From contig CAWDML010000003.1 in the NCBI GenBank assembly GCA_963803435.1, positions 1,028,664-1,092,663 on the forward strand: 64,000 bases of DNA. Direction: 5' to 3'. The notes beneath the pieces were generated by a model. The model worked only from the letters and a program-made list of their open reading frames with translations. It did no database searches and was not told the origin of the DNA. A program made the translations under genes and the position numbers. Of this stretch, positions 38,700 to 49,468 are shown in pieces; the stretch's first letter is position 1, and the number at the start of each line of letters is the position of its first letter. This DNA comes from an uncultured delta proteobacterium. GTDB taxonomy: Bacteria; Myxococcota; Kuafuiibacteriia; Kuafuiibacteriales; Kuafuiibacteriaceae.

Positions 38700-38818
38700 A
38701 TTCGGACGCGGTTTCGAGTTGGTTGCGCGGGTCAGCCGGGCGTCTATTGGATGCCGGTGTACGAAGTGCTCGAGGGGGCTATCGACATGGTGATCGGCAA
38801 CGCGCACCACATGAGCAA
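38700..38818 (+). mobile_element. short fragment of an IS110-family transposase gene
   Basis: Translates to ...GVYWMPVYEVLEGAIDMVIGNAHHMSK, the conserved N-terminal IS110/DEDD block. It is cut off on both sides. Confidence 0.45.
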
Positions 38819-39095
38819 GGCGGTCTACGCCCGCAGGAAGAGTATCGTCGAACCGGCGCTCGGACAGATCAAAGCGGCACGAGGATTCCGCCGGTTCTCG
38901 CTCCGCTCCTTCTTCAAGGTACGAGCCGAGTGGACGCTCGTCTGCCTCACCCACAACCTGCTCAAGCTCTACCGATCGAAGCTCGCGACTGTCGCGAGCG
39001 TCTGACTCAAGGCAGCCATCTTCAGATCGGGACCCGGACCGGGACCGGGACCCGGACCGGGGTCGCGTGAGCGCTTACGCGCTCCACGCTCCTAG
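38816..39095 (+). repeat. 280-bp solo copy of the 3' end of the IS1182-like element (last ~60 transposase codons, GGGACC-type hexamer tract, terminal repeat)
   Basis: Near-identical to 56104-56389, with a handful of substitutions and one hexamer unit fewer. Encodes ...AVYARRKSIVEPALGQIKAARGFRRFSLRSFFKVRAEWTLVCLTHNLLKLYRSKL and ends ...GCGCTCCACGCTCCTAG. Confidence 0.8.
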
Positions 39096-39223
39096 CGAGG
39101 CTGCCTCAAACGCTCGACCCTTGTGCGGGATCTGTAGAGCATCCGGCTGATCTCGTCGATCTCGCTTGCTGACCCGCCCAGGGACGCAAGATCGCGCTCT
39201 TCATGACCACTGATCTTGCTGTC

Positions 39224-39248
39224 GGCTCGCACCTGAAGACTGCGAGCC
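39224..39248 (-). terminator. candidate terminator hairpin after phoU
   Basis: The minus strand reads GGCTCGCA-gtcttcagg-TGCGAGCC, a perfect 8-bp stem 22 nt downstream of the phoU stop. No U-tract. Confidence 0.35.
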
Positions 39249-39269
39249 CCAGCGGTCGCCCGAAGACTC

Positions 39270-39950
39270 CTAGCGATCCAGCTTCCCCGCGTGGCGGACG
39301 TCCTTGCCCTTCACCATGAAGATCACCTGCTCGGCGAGGTTCGTGCTGTGATCGGCCATCCGCTCGAGCCACTTGGCGACCGACTGGACGTGGATGCCGC
39401 GCTCGACGGTGGTCGAGTCCTTGATCATGACGGCGAGGACGTCGCGGAAGACGCGGGTGTAGAGCTGATCGACCTCGGCGTCGCGGGCGATGACCTGCTG
39501 CGCGCGGTCGGCGTCGGCAGCGACGAAGGCGTCGATGGACTCGCGGACCATCGACTCCACGATCTCGGCCATGCGCGGGATGTCTTCCCAGGGCTTGAGC
39601 TGCGGCACCGTAGAAAGATCGATGGCGCGCTCACAGATGTTGACCGCGAGGTCGCCGATGCGTTCGAGGTCGGTGACCATCTTGAGCGCGAGCGTGACGA
39701 AGCGGAGGTCGGAGGCCATCGGCTGGCGCTTCGCGAGGATGATCAGGCAGAGCTCGTCGATGGCGAGCTCGGCTCGGTTGACCTTGTGGTCGGACTCGAT
39801 GGTGGCGCGCGCGAGATCGGGATCGCGCTCGATCAGCGCCTTGACCGAGTCGGCGATCATCTGCTCGACCCGGCCCGCCATCAGCAGCAGACCCTCGCGG
39901 AGCCCCCGGAGCTGATTCTCGTACTCTCGGTCGGTGTGGCTCTTGCGCAT
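39270..39950 (-). CDS. phoU: phosphate signalling complex protein PhoU
   Basis: 226 aa with two PhoU repeats (ELAIDELCLIILAKRQPMASDLRF, ERIGDLAVNI, LERMADHSTNLAEQV). Confidence 0.92.
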   Translation of the reverse strand: MRKSHTDREYENQLRGLREGLLLMAGRVEQMIADSVKALIERDPDLARATIESDHKVNRAELAIDELCLIILAKRQPMASDLRFVTLALKMVTDLERIGDLAVNICERAIDLSTVPQLKPWEDIPRMAEIVESMVRESIDAFVAADADRAQQVIARDAEVDQLYTRVFRDVLAVMIKDSTTVERGIHVQSVAKWLERMADHSTNLAEQVIFMVKGKDVRHAGKLDR

Positions 39951-39953
39951 GGA

Positions 39954-40706
39954 TCAGCCGAACTTGCCGGTGATGTAGTCCTCGGTTCTCGAATCCCCCG
40001 GCGAGGTGAAGATGCGATCGGTCTCAGCGTACTCGACAAGCTCACCGGAAAGGAAGAAAGCGGTCCGCTGCGACACGCGTGCGGCCTGCTGCATGTTGTG
40101 GGTGACGACGATGATCGTGTAGCGCTCTTTCAGTTGATGGATGAGGTCTTCGATCCGCGCGGTGGCCACCGGGTCGAGGGCGGAGCAGGGCTCGTCCATG
40201 AGGAGCACCTCGGGCTCGACGGCGAGGGCCCGGGCGATGCAGAGCCGCTGTTGCTGTCCGCCCGAGAGCCCAATGCCTGGATTTTCCAGTCGATCTTTGA
40301 CCTCTTCCCACAGGGCGGCCTGCTCGAGCGCCCGCTCGAGGATGCCGTCGGCGGAGGCGCGGTCGAGGCGGCCGGTGAGGCGGAGACCGGCCAGGACGTT
40401 GTCCCGGATCGACATCGTCGGAAACGGGTTCGGTTTCTGGAAGACCATCCCGACCCGGCGGCGGAGCTGGACCGGGTGGACGTTCGGCCCGTAGACGTCC
40501 TCGCCGTCCAAGAGGACCCGGCCCTCGATGCGGGCGCCCGGGACGATCTCGTGCATACGGTTGAGGCAGCGGATGAACGTCGACTTGCCGCAGCCGGACG
40601 GACCGATGATCGCCGTGACCTCGCACGCGGGGATCGCCAGATTGATCCCGCGCAAGACCTCATGCGATCCGAACCATGCGCGCACGTGCTCGGTGTCGAC
40701 CTTCAC
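39954..40706 (-). CDS. pstB: phosphate ABC transporter ATP-binding protein
   Basis: 250 aa. Walker [10 protein letters not shown], signature [14 protein letters not shown], Walker [13 protein letters not shown]. PstB-specific N-terminal context. Confidence 0.95.
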   Translation of the reverse strand: MKVDTEHVRAWFGSHEVLRGINLAIPACEVTAIIGPSGCGKSTFIRCLNRMHEIVPGARIEGRVLLDGEDVYGPNVHPVQLRRRVGMVFQKPNPFPTMSIRDNVLAGLRLTGRLDRASADGILERALEQAALWEEVKDRLENPGIGLSGGQQQRLCIARALAVEPEVLLMDEPCSALDPVATARIEDLIHQLKERYTIIVVTHNMQQAARVSQRTAFFLSGELVEYAETDRIFTSPGDSRTEDYITGKFG

Positions 40707-41539
40707 TCGGTGGTCCTCCGCTGGAGTCGACTCCGGACGACGATCGCGGCCAGGTTGAGCAGGAGCATCAGCAGCAGCAGGACGATGATCCCGGCGGCGG
40801 CGTTCTGGAGGAAGGCCCGCTGCGGGCGCGAGACCCAGTTGAAGATCTGGATCGGGAGCGCCGTGAACGGCGAGGTCGGGCCGTTCGGCAGGAACGTGAC
40901 GTAAGCGAGCGCGCCGACCACGATCAGCGGCGCAGTCTCCCCGATCGCGCGAGAGGTGGCGAGGATCGCACCGGTGAGGATGCCCGGCAGCGCCATCGGA
41001 AGGACCACGCGGCGGATCGTCTGCCAGCGGGTTGCGCCCAGCGCATAGCAGGCCTCGCGGATCCCCAGCGGGACGCTCCGGAGAGCCTCGCGGGAGGCGA
41101 TGATCACGAGAGGCAGGACCAGCAACGCCATGGTGAAGGCGCCGGCGAGTAGGCTGCGACCCATTCCGAGCGTCCGCACGAAGACCCCCAGTCCGAGCAG
41201 GCCGTAGATGATCGAGGGGACGCCGGCGAGGTTCGCGATGTTGATCTCGATGAGGCTCGCGAGGCGGCCCCGCTGGCCGTACTCCTCGAGGTAGATGGCG
41301 GCGCCCACGCCGATCGGCAGCGCGACCGCGGCGGTCATTGCGATCAGGTAGGCGCTGCCCACCAAGCCGGGCAGGATCCCGGCGAGCGCCGCGCGGCGCG
41401 ACGGGAACCCGAGGATGAACGAGAGATCGAGCCGGCCGGCGGCGTCGATGAGGAGGTGGCCGACGAGGATCGCGAGCACCGCCAGCGGCAGCAGTACGGC
41501 GAACAAGCAGAGCCCGATGAAGACGCGCTCGGATCTCAC
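40703..41539 (-). CDS. pstA: phosphate ABC transporter permease PstA
   Basis: GTG at 41539 overlaps the pstC stop (GTGA) and gives 278 aa. Motifs [21 protein letters not shown] and [11 protein letters not shown]. Confidence 0.9.
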   Translation of the reverse strand: MRSERVFIGLCLFAVLLPLAVLAILVGHLLIDAAGRLDLSFILGFPSRRAALAGILPGLVGSAYLIAMTAAVALPIGVGAAIYLEEYGQRGRLASLIEINIANLAGVPSIIYGLLGLGVFVRTLGMGRSLLAGAFTMALLVLPLVIIASREALRSVPLGIREACYALGATRWQTIRRVVLPMALPGILTGAILATSRAIGETAPLIVVGALAYVTFLPNGPTSPFTALPIQIFNWVSRPQRAFLQNAAAGIIVLLLLMLLLNLAAIVVRSRLQRRTTE

Positions 41540-42418
41540 GCGGCGGCCCGGAAGCGGCTTCGGAGTCGCTGGCTCATCAGGTTCATGGCGAAGGTCAGGA
41601 CGAAGAGCGCGGTCCCCACGACGAAGATGGTGCGGTACTCGAGCGAGCCGGCGGGCGTGTCGCCGAGACTGACCTGGACGATGTAGGCGGTCATCGTCTC
41701 CACCGGAACGCGGGGATCGAGCGTCAGCCGCGGCTGCTGGCCCGCGGCGATCGCCACGATCATCGTCTCGCCGATCGCGCGCGAGATCGCCAGGATCACG
41801 GAGGCCGCGATCCCCGAGAGCGCCGACGGCAGGACCACGCGGAAGATCGCGGGCAGCCGTCCCGAGCCCAGCGCGTAGGCGGCCTCCCGGAGGCTGTTGG
41901 GGACGGAGAAGAGCGCGTCCTCTCCGAGCGAGGAGATCATCGGAATGATCATCGATCCCCATGACCAGGCCGGCGCTGAGCGAGTTGAAGCCCGCCAGAC
42001 CCGGGATCACCTTCTGGAGCAGCGGCGTCACCAGCACGAGCGCAAAGTAGCCGAACACGATCGTCGGCACGCCCGCCAGGACCTCGAGGGCCGGCTTGAG
42101 GATCCGGCGGAGGTGCTGGGGGGCAAACTCGCTGAGGTAGATGGCCGCCAAGAGCCCGCAGGGGAGAGCCACCGCGATCGCGATCGCCGAGGTGAGGAAC
42201 GTGCCCGCGACCAGGGGCCAGATCCCGAAGTGCTTGTCCGCGAACAGCGGTGTCCACTCGGTGTCGCCGAGGAAGGCGAACAGCGGGACCTCGGCGAAGA
42301 ACTCGTACGTCTCGAAGGCGAGCACGCCCAGGATTCCGGCGGTGGTGAGGATCGAGACCAGGCCGCAGGCGAGCAGCGCCAGCTCGATCAGACGCTCGCG
42401 CCCGCTACTTCCGGGCAA
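41536..42418 (-). pseudogene. pstC: phosphate ABC transporter permease PstC with one +1 frameshift
   Basis: The N-terminal 154 codons (frame of 42418) end ...[12 protein letters not shown]. The frame of 41952 continues [33 protein letters not shown]...[10 protein letters not shown]. Removing the single base at about 41953 restores a canonical PstC. Confidence 0.85.
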
Positions 42419-43394
42419 GCAGCGCCTCGACAGTCACGCCGACCTTCGCGCCGCCGCCGTCGAACACCGAGCCGGTGATCCGGTCGTGGAGACGCCGGCG
42501 AACGAGCGTGTACGCGCGGTCGGGGAGGGGAAGGTATCCGACCTCGGCGACCAGCTCGCGCGCGTGGTCGAGGTAGAAGTCGGCAAAGGCCTGGACCTCG
42601 GGACGCTCGACCGCGCTTCGCTTCACGTAGATGAACAGGGGGCGCGAGAGCGGCTGATACGTGCCGTTCGCGACGGTGACCTTCGAGGGCGCGATCGGGC
42701 CCTCGCCGTCGTCCGCGCGGCCGTCGTCGATCGGGACCAGCTTCAGCCGGTCCTGGTTCTCGAAGTAGTACGCGAACCCGAAGAACCCGAGCGCCAGCGG
42801 GTCGGTCGAGATCCCCTGGACCAGCATGTTGTCGTCTTCGCTCGAGGTGTAGTCGCCGCGGCTCGAGTGCTCGGTGCCGACGATCGCCTCGGTGAAATAG
42901 TCGTAGGTTCCAGAGTCGACGCCGGGCCCGAACAGGTGGATCTCGCGGTCGGGCCAGCCGGTCCGCACCTGGGACCAGCGCGTGACCTTTCGCTGCGCGT
43001 CGGGCTCCCACAACGTCTTCAGCTCGCCGACCGTCAGGTGATCGACCCAGTCGTTCTTCGCGTGCACGACCAGCGCCAGGCCGTCGTAAGCGATCGGGAG
43101 CTCGATGTACTCGATGCCACTCTTCCGACAAAGCTCGACCTCGCTCGGCTCGATCGGGCGGGAGGCGCCGGAGATCGCCGTCTCGCCGCCGCAAAACTTC
43201 TTGAACCCGCCGCCGGTCCCCGAGACCCCGACGGTCACCCGCTCCGCACCGGTCTTCTGGAACTCCTCGGCGACCGCCTCGGTGATGGGATAGACGGTGC
43301 TGGATCCGTCGATGGCGATCACCGCGCCCGGGTGGCTCTTGCAGCCTACGAAGACGGAGGCGCTCGAGAGGATGAGGAGGGAGAGCGCCTTCAT
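42405..43394 (-). CDS. pstS: phosphate ABC transporter substrate-binding lipoprotein
   Basis: 329 aa. [13 protein letters not shown] lipobox. PstS-family motifs [20 protein letters not shown] and [14 protein letters not shown]. Confidence 0.9.
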   Translation of the reverse strand: MKALSLLILSSASVFVGCKSHPGAVIAIDGSSTVYPITEAVAEEFQKTGAERVTVGVSGTGGGFKKFCGGETAISGASRPIEPSEVELCRKSGIEYIELPIAYDGLALVVHAKNDWVDHLTVGELKTLWEPDAQRKVTRWSQVRTGWPDREIHLFGPGVDSGTYDYFTEAIVGTEHSSRGDYTSSEDDNMLVQGISTDPLALGFFGFAYYFENQDRLKLVPIDDGRADDGEGPIAPSKVTVANGTYQPLSRPLFIYVKRSAVERPEVQAFADFYLDHARELVAEVGYLPLPDRAYTLVRRRLHDRITGSVFDGGGAKVGVTVEALLARK

Positions 43395-45163
43395 GCGTCG
43401 GTTGTGACTTCCTCGGGTGACAGAGAGGTGACAGCGGGGCGAATTCTGACCCAGAAGATCGAACCCTTGGGCGTGGCGGATTCGAAGCCGACCGTGCCGC
43501 CCATGGCGTTGGCGAGGTGCTTGACGATCGAGAGCCCGAGGCCGGTCCCACCGACCTCGCGCGATCGCCCCGGATCGACGCGATAAAAGCGCTCGAAGAT
43601 CCGCGTGCGATGCCTCGGTTCGACGCCGGGACCGTCGTCCTCGACCTCGATGTGGACGCCGCCGTCGCTCGATCGGCCGCGCACGACCACGCGCCCGGCC
43701 GCGGGCGTATACTTCACGGCGTTCTCGAGCAGGTTGGTGAGCACGTGCTCGAGCGCCTGGGGATCGGCCTCGGCCTGCAGATCCTTCGGCACCTCGATCT
43801 CGACGCGGATGCCTTTCCCCTGCGCCGGCTCGGCGACGCTCTCGACGGCGTGGCGAACGATCGGCTCCAGGGAGGTGGGACCGAGCTGGAGCTCGTACTC
43901 ACCGGCCTCCATGCGAGACAGGTCGAGGAGATCGGCGATGATCCGGGAGAGACGCTCGGCGTTGCGATGCACGGCGTCGAGGAAGGCGCGCGCGTGCTTG
44001 GGATCGTCGAGGGCGCCACCGAGCAGAGTCTCGGCGTTCGCGCGGATCACCGCGACCGGCGTGCGCAGCTCGTGCGACACGTTGGCCACGAAGTCCCGGC
44101 GGACGGCCTCCAGCCGGCGCATCTCCGTGACATCGTGGAGCACCACCACGCACCCGCCGCTGGTGCGGAGCGGCGCCGCGCGTGCACCCAGCGTGCGCTT
44201 GTCGCCGAGGCTGAACTCACAGAATGCCCGCGTGTCGGCTCGCGCCACCAGATCGGCCAGCGCCGGGGCGCGCACCGCCTCGAGGAGCGCCTGGCCGGCC
44301 GCCGGCGAGATCCCGAGCAGCTCCCGGGCGGCGCGGTTGGCCCGCAGGATCCGCTGGTGCTCGTCCAGCGCCAGCACGCCCTCGGTCATGTCGTCGAGGA
44401 TCGTCTCCAGGTGATCGCGCTCGGCCACTAGGTCGGCGACGGTGCGCTCCAGCTCCGCGATCACCTGGTTGAAGGAGCCGGCGAGCCGCCCCAGCTCGTC
44501 GGTCGACGAGACCGGCACGCGACCCTTGCCGCCGGACGCGATCGAGCGGGCGCTGTCGACCAGCTCCCCGATGGCGCGCCAGGCGAAGTGCGAGGCCAGC
44601 CCGCTCATGAAGACCGCGACGGCGAGCCCCAGGAGCGCGCCGAACAGGAGCAGGATCCGGAGGTGACCCACCGCTTCGTCGACCTGGGCCAGCGGTGTCG
44701 AGACCCGCACGACTCCGGCGTGCGCCTTGGTGCGATAGGGGACCGCGACGTAGAGCATGTCCGTCCGGATCGTGGTGCTGAAGCGACGGGAGCTCCCGCG
44801 GGCCCGGCGCACGGCCTCCTCGACCTCGGGCCGGTGGCCGTGGTTCTCCAGCTCGGCGACACGCTCCGGCGGGAGCGTCGAGTCCCCCAGCACCACGCCG
44901 TTCTCTGCGATGACCGTGACGCGGGCCTCCGTCGACGCCCCCAGGCGATCGGCGATCGGATCGATGGCAGCGATGGTGGGCTCGGGATCCGCAACCTCGA
45001 GGAGGTCCGTGCCGCTGTTCGCGATGATCGTCAGCTCGGACTCGATCCGGTCCTCGAGCGAGGTGCGCAGGGCGTGCTCCAGATACAGACCGCTGGCCAG
45101 CCCCACCGGAAGCATCACGAGCAGCGAGACGACGAAGAGCTTTCCCCGGACGCCGAGCTTCAA
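43391..45163 (-). CDS. phoR: PhoR-type sensor histidine kinase
   Basis: 590 aa. N-terminal TM and sensor, second TM, HAMP, PAS, HisKA ([12 protein letters not shown]), HATPase ([11 protein letters not shown]). Sits between phoB and pstS. Confidence 0.85.
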   Translation of the reverse strand: MKLGVRGKLFVVSLLVMLPVGLASGLYLEHALRTSLEDRIESELTIIANSGTDLLEVADPEPTIAAIDPIADRLGASTEARVTVIAENGVVLGDSTLPPERVAELENHGHRPEVEEAVRRARGSSRRFSTTIRTDMLYVAVPYRTKAHAGVVRVSTPLAQVDEAVGHLRILLLFGALLGLAVAVFMSGLASHFAWRAIGELVDSARSIASGGKGRVPVSSTDELGRLAGSFNQVIAELERTVADLVAERDHLETILDDMTEGVLALDEHQRILRANRAARELLGISPAAGQALLEAVRAPALADLVARADTRAFCEFSLGDKRTLGARAAPLRTSGGCVVVLHDVTEMRRLEAVRRDFVANVSHELRTPVAVIRANAETLLGGALDDPKHARAFLDAVHRNAERLSRIIADLLDLSRMEAGEYELQLGPTSLEPIVRHAVESVAEPAQGKGIRVEIEVPKDLQAEADPQALEHVLTNLLENAVKYTPAAGRVVVRGRSSDGGVHIEVEDDGPGVEPRHRTRIFERFYRVDPGRSREVGGTGLGLSIVKHLANAMGGTVGFESATPKGSIFWVRIRPAVTSLSPEEVTTDA

Positions 45164-45867
45164 GGACGTTCCTCGTCCTGTTGGGCGCGGAAGCGGTAGC
45201 CGACGCCCCGGAGCGTCTCGATGTAGTCGCCCGCGGCGCCCAGCTTCTGTCGCAGCCGCTTGACGTGTGTGTCGACGGTCCGGGTGGTGACGTCGGCGGT
45301 GATGCCCCAGACGTCGGAGAGCAGCATCTCCCGCGTCTGTACGCGACCACGGCGGTTGATGAAGACGAAGAGCAGCTTGAACTCGAGCGCGGTGAGGATG
45401 ATCTCCTCCGCGTCGACCCAGACGCGATGACCGCTGGCGTCGATGCGCAGCTTGCCGAAGGCGACCTCGCTGGTCTCGGCGGGCGCCGGGGGTTGCGAGC
45501 GCCTCCGGATCGCGCGCACCCGTAGCAGGAGCTCGCGCACCGAGAATGGCTTGACCACGTAGTCATCGGCGCCGACCTCGAAGCCGACCACGCGATCGAT
45601 CTCCTCGCCCTTGGCCGTCAGCATCACCACCGGGACGTGGCGCGTGCAATCGTTCATCTTGAGGTGTCGGCAGACCTCGGTGCCCGAAACGTCCGGCAGC
45701 ATCAGGTCGAGCAGCACCAGATCGGGGAGCCGTCCGCGCGAGACCATCTCGATGGCCTGCGCGCCGTCGCGTGCGACCTCGGTCTCGTAGCCCTCGCGTT
45801 CGAGGTTGTAGGCGAGCGTGTCGGCGAGATCCTGCTCGTCCTCGACGATGAGGATCAGGTCCGACAT
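45160..45867 (-). CDS. phoB: OmpR/PhoB-family response regulator
   Basis: 235 aa. Receiver domain (ILIVEDE...DLVLLDLMLPD...LTAKG) plus winged-helix domain (TALEFKLLF...VWG...RTVDTHVKRLRQKL...IETLRGVGYRF). Confidence 0.9.
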   Translation of the reverse strand: MSDLILIVEDEQDLADTLAYNLEREGYETEVARDGAQAIEMVSRGRLPDLVLLDLMLPDVSGTEVCRHLKMNDCTRHVPVVMLTAKGEEIDRVVGFEVGADDYVVKPFSVRELLLRVRAIRRRSQPPAPAETSEVAFGKLRIDASGHRVWVDAEEIILTALEFKLLFVFINRRGRVQTREMLLSDVWGITADVTTRTVDTHVKRLRQKLGAAGDYIETLRGVGYRFRAQQDEERP

Positions 45868-45882
45868 GGCCTCCCCTTATGT

Positions 45883-46665
45883 CTAGGAGCCTCGGCTGTC
45901 CAGCATCGCCTTGAGCGCATAGGCCTCGCGGCACAGGCCCTTGATCTCCTGGTCCAGGCGGTCCCGCTGCTTCCCAGGCTTCACGTCCATCAGGCGGGCC
46001 AGGGCGGCGGCGCAGTGCTCGCTCAACGGCCCGGACTCGTCGGCCTTTTCGGCCTTGGCGGCCTCGCGGAGGTGGAACTGCACCGTGGCGATCGCGGCCG
46101 GACCCTCGCAGAAGGCGGTCGCGCTCTTGAGCAGCTTCTTCGTCTTCTTGTCCTTCCTCTTGGACTCGCCCACCACGCGCGCGGTGATCCCAATCTTCTT
46201 ACAAGCCTCCTCCGGATCCCCCTTCTTCTTGGCGGTCTGGACCGCCTTCTTGAAGTCCGCCTTGAGCGACGACGCGGTGAACATCCGCTTCATCGTGGGC
46301 GACAGCTCCGGCATCGGTGGCTCGGGCTCGGCGGCCTTCTTCATCAGCTTCCGGGACTCGATCGCCTCCGGACAGAACGAGTCGAGCTGCTGGGCGAACT
46401 GCTGGAGCTTCACGTCGGACGCGTTCGCTGCCAGCCGCTCGGCGACCTTGGGCTCGAGCTCGATACATTGATCTCGCCGTTTCGCGCTGTCGCCCGCGCG
46501 CTTCGTCTGCACAATCTCGGCGAAGGCGGCTTCGAGCTCCTTGAGGTCGCTCTTGCCTTTGTCCATCTGGGCCGCCTCGCCCGCCGCGTCGACCGCCTCG
46601 CTCGGCTTCTCCTTGGCCTCCGAGCACGCGAACGCCAGCAGCCCCATCCACAGGATCGATCTCAT
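45883..46665 (-). CDS. hypothetical lipoprotein, Lys/Glu/Ala-rich helical
   Basis: Start at MRSILWMGLLAFAC (lipobox; Met34 of the track ORF), 260 aa. No family recognised. Confidence 0.55.
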   Translation of the reverse strand: MRSILWMGLLAFACSEAKEKPSEAVDAAGEAAQMDKGKSDLKELEAAFAEIVQTKRAGDSAKRRDQCIELEPKVAERLAANASDVKLQQFAQQLDSFCPEAIESRKLMKKAAEPEPPMPELSPTMKRMFTASSLKADFKKAVQTAKKKGDPEEACKKIGITARVVGESKRKDKKTKKLLKSATAFCEGPAAIATVQFHLREAAKAEKADESGPLSEHCAAALARLMDVKPGKQRDRLDQEIKGLCREAYALKAMLDSRGS

Positions 46666-46682
46666 CGGCCGCCCTTTTACTG

Positions 46683-49454
46683 TCACTGAGCGGTGATCGT
46701 CACGGTATACGAGTTCACGCAGAGCGGATCGCCGGCGGTGGCGTCGCCCGCCTGGAGAATCCACGTCCCGACGGGGCTTTGCCCGTTGAACGCGGTCAGA
46801 TCACCCGTGTTCGGGAGGAAGGTGCCGCTCACGGGCGTGTTGGCGGGGATGGCGACGGCGCTCTGATCGAAGGTCACTGTCACCGGGGAGATCGCGACGC
46901 CCCCGGACCAGGTGCCGGGCGGGGCCAGCACCACCTGGGTATTCGTGGGGCCCTGGATCCGGAAGCTGGTCTCCGCGTGGTAGGCGTCTGCGCTGGCCGG
47001 GGCGGCGCAGCTGCCGTCGGTCTTGAGGAAGTTGATGGTGACGTCGACATCCGTGATGACGGCCCCCGGCGGGAAGGCGCCGGCGGCGAAGTCGACCATC
47101 CCCACGTTGACGCCGAAGGGAGGCGTCGCGTCCACGCTCACGGTGGGGCCGGGCCAGGTCCCGCTCACGGTGACGATGCCGAGCTCGACCAGCAGGGTCG
47201 CGGTGCCCGACACCGCGGTGGGTACGTGCCGGGCCGTGACGGTGACCGTCCCCACGGCGACGCCGGTGGCGACGCCCCGGGATCCCTCGACGTTGCTGAT
47301 GGTCGCCGGGCTGCTGGACACGCTCCACGTCACGGAGTTCGTCACGATGTAACGCGCGCCGTTGGAGAAGGACCCGATCGCGGTGAAGGCCACGGTGTCG
47401 CCGATGTCAACGGTCGTGCTGGGCGGCTGCACGCCGATCGCGTTCAGCGTGATCCCACCGGAGACGGTCATGGTCGCCGACTGTCCCGACGCGGCGCTGC
47501 CGATCCCGGTACCCGGGTCGACCGCCGAGATGGTGGCGACGCCGGCCGCGAGACCCGTGCCCACGCCGCGCGAGCCGGTGGCGTTGCTCATGTGAACGGC
47601 CGTGGTGTTGTCGGAGCCCCAGCTCACCAGCGTGGTGAGGTCCTGCGTGGCTCCGTTGTCGTACGAGCCCACCGCGATGAACTGGACGTCCGCCCCCACG
47701 GGTACGGTGGTGGAGGTCATCACCGCGAGCGACACGAGGTTGGCGATCGAGACGTTCACGTTCGCCGACTGGTTGCTGGTCGTGCTGCTCACCTGCGTCG
47801 CCGGATCGGTCGCCGAGATCACGGCGCTGCCCGACTGCTGTGCGGTCGCCAGGCCGCCGGGGGCGATCGTGATCGCGGGGGAGCTGCTGTCCCAGACCAC
47901 CGTCTGCGTGATGACCTGCTGCGAGTCGTCCGTGTAGTGCCCGGTCGCGGTGAACTGCTGCGTGCCGCCGACCACCATGGTGCGCGTCGGGGGCGTCACC
48001 GCGATCGAGGTGAGCGCCGGCGGCGTGATGGTCAGCTGCGCCGACTGGTTGGCGTCGTCGCTGCTCAACCCGCTCGGCGGATCGAACGCGGAGATCGTGG
48101 TGGCACCGACGGCCACGCTGGTGACGAGACCCGCGGCGTCGATGGTGGCCGCGCCGACGTTCGACGAGTCCCAGAGGACGCGCGCGCTGAGGTCGGCGCT
48201 CGAGTTGTCGGAGTAGAGGCCGATCGCGCGGTACTGCTGCGTGAGCCCGAGGGCCAGGTTGGTCTGCGGCGGCAGGATCACGATGCTCTGGAGCCGGGCG
48301 GGGAGGATGGTGAGCACCCCGGAGGTGTGGGTGTCCTCGCTGCTCTTGCCGCTGGTCGGCTCGACCACGGAGAGCGTGGTCGTGCCGGGCCCGACGGTCG
48401 TGATCTCGCCCTGGGCGCCCGGAGTATTGCTCACGGTGGCGACGCTGGGATCGGAGGAGGACCAGGTGACGGCGGCGGTCAGATCGCGGGTGGCGCCGTC
48501 GGTGTAGTCGGCGGTGGCGTGGAAGCTGATGCGCTCACCCTGTCCGATCACCGCGGACGTGGGGGTGACGGTGAGCGTCAGGATCGCGGCGGGCACCACG
48601 CGAAGCGAGACCGAGGCGTGGACGCCGGAGTCGACGTGCGTGGCGGTGATCGAGGTGAGTCCCGCGGTGAGCGCGCTGGCGAGCCCGGCCGCGTCGATGG
48701 AGGCGATGGCCTCGCTCGAGGACGACCATTGCGCGGTGGCGGTGATGTCGGCGTCGGTGCCGTCGGCGTAGTGGGCCATGGCCGTGAACTGCTGCGTGCT
48801 CCCGACGGGTACCTGGACGGTGGCCGGCTCGACGGTGATCGACATGGGAGCGCGCGCGGAGACCGTGATCACCGCCGGGGTCGCCTGCATTCCGCTCGTC
48901 GGATCCGTGGCGGAGATCGACGCGACGCCTCGGGCGACGGCGGTGACCAACCCGCTCGCCACGCTGGCGACTGTCTCGTCCGTGGTGGTCCAGTCGACGG
49001 CGGTCGTGACGTCCATGGTCGTCCCGTCCTCGAAGTGGGCCATCGCGCGGATCTGGACCGTGGCGCCCTCGTCGATCGTCGCGGTGGTGGGGTCGATGGT
49101 GAGCCCGGTGATCTGTCCGGCGGCGACGACGACGTTCGCGGAGGCGGTCTGATCGTCGAGGGCGGCCTCGATCTTGGTGGTGCCGGCGGCGACGGCGGTG
49201 ACCACGCCGTTGACCACGGTGGCGACGGTCTCGTCGCTCGAGCTCCACGCGACGCTGGCCGTGATGTCCTTGGTGGTGCCGTCGCTGTACGCACCGCTCG
49301 CCGTGAAGGTGGCGGTGGCGTCGCGCTCGAGCATCGCGCTTCCGGGCGACAGCGTGATGCTCTCGAGGGTGGTCTGCCCCGGCGGGGGTTGGCGCCGATC
49401 GTTGGAGCAGGCGAAGAGGAGGGTCGGGATCAGGAGATAGAGCACGCTCCGCAT
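46683..49454 (-). CDS. surface lipoprotein with 8 tandem Big_2 (bacterial Ig-like) repeats and a C-terminal proprotein-convertase P-domain-like module
   Basis: Start at MRSVLYLLIPTLLFAC (Met283 of the track ORF), 923 aa. Eight ~85-90-aa repeats with the pattern Q(F/Y)xAxGxYSDGTxxDLTxxVxWxSS...A. C-terminus GTWxLxxxDxxxGD is typical of P-domains. Confidence 0.85.
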   Translation of the reverse strand: MRSVLYLLIPTLLFACSNDRRQPPPGQTTLESITLSPGSAMLERDATATFTASGAYSDGTTKDITASVAWSSSDETVATVVNGVVTAVAAGTTKIEAALDDQTASANVVVAAGQITGLTIDPTTATIDEGATVQIRAMAHFEDGTTMDVTTAVDWTTTDETVASVASGLVTAVARGVASISATDPTSGMQATPAVITVSARAPMSITVEPATVQVPVGSTQQFTAMAHYADGTDADITATAQWSSSSEAIASIDAAGLASALTAGLTSITATHVDSGVHASVSLRVVPAAILTLTVTPTSAVIGQGERISFHATADYTDGATRDLTAAVTWSSSDPSVATVSNTPGAQGEITTVGPGTTTLSVVEPTSGKSSEDTHTSGVLTILPARLQSIVILPPQTNLALGLTQQYRAIGLYSDNSSADLSARVLWDSSNVGAATIDAAGLVTSVAVGATTISAFDPPSGLSSDDANQSAQLTITPPALTSIAVTPPTRTMVVGGTQQFTATGHYTDDSQQVITQTVVWDSSSPAITIAPGGLATAQQSGSAVISATDPATQVSSTTSNQSANVNVSIANLVSLAVMTSTTVPVGADVQFIAVGSYDNGATQDLTTLVSWGSDNTTAVHMSNATGSRGVGTGLAAGVATISAVDPGTGIGSAASGQSATMTVSGGITLNAIGVQPPSTTVDIGDTVAFTAIGSFSNGARYIVTNSVTWSVSSSPATISNVEGSRGVATGVAVGTVTVTARHVPTAVSGTATLLVELGIVTVSGTWPGPTVSVDATPPFGVNVGMVDFAAGAFPPGAVITDVDVTINFLKTDGSCAAPASADAYHAETSFRIQGPTNTQVVLAPPGTWSGGVAISPVTVTFDQSAVAIPANTPVSGTFLPNTGDLTAFNGQSPVGTWILQAGDATAGDPLCVNSYTVTITAQ

Positions 49455-49468
49455 GGCGGAGCAGGCTA

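Noticed and set aside
38595-38954. 119-aa minus-strand ORF (a similar one lies at 56033-56242) over the IS fragments
   Set aside because: It is antisense to recognisable transposase coding sequence and has no motif. It recurs only because the underlying IS sequence is repeated.
39030-39065. GGGACC/GGACCG hexamer tracts (also 51255-51285 and 56315-56355) as a possible CRISPR or coding Asp-Arg-Pro repeat
   Set aside because: The units are 6 nt with no spacers and sit next to the IS terminal repeats in all three copies. They are part of the IS ends, not a CRISPR array.
40703-42418. 571-aa single ORF spanning pstC and pstA in the track
   Set aside because: It is a chimera created by the pstC frameshift. 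Its middle ~150 residues are out-of-frame junk. It was resolved into a frameshifted pstC (41536-42418) and pstA (40703-41539).
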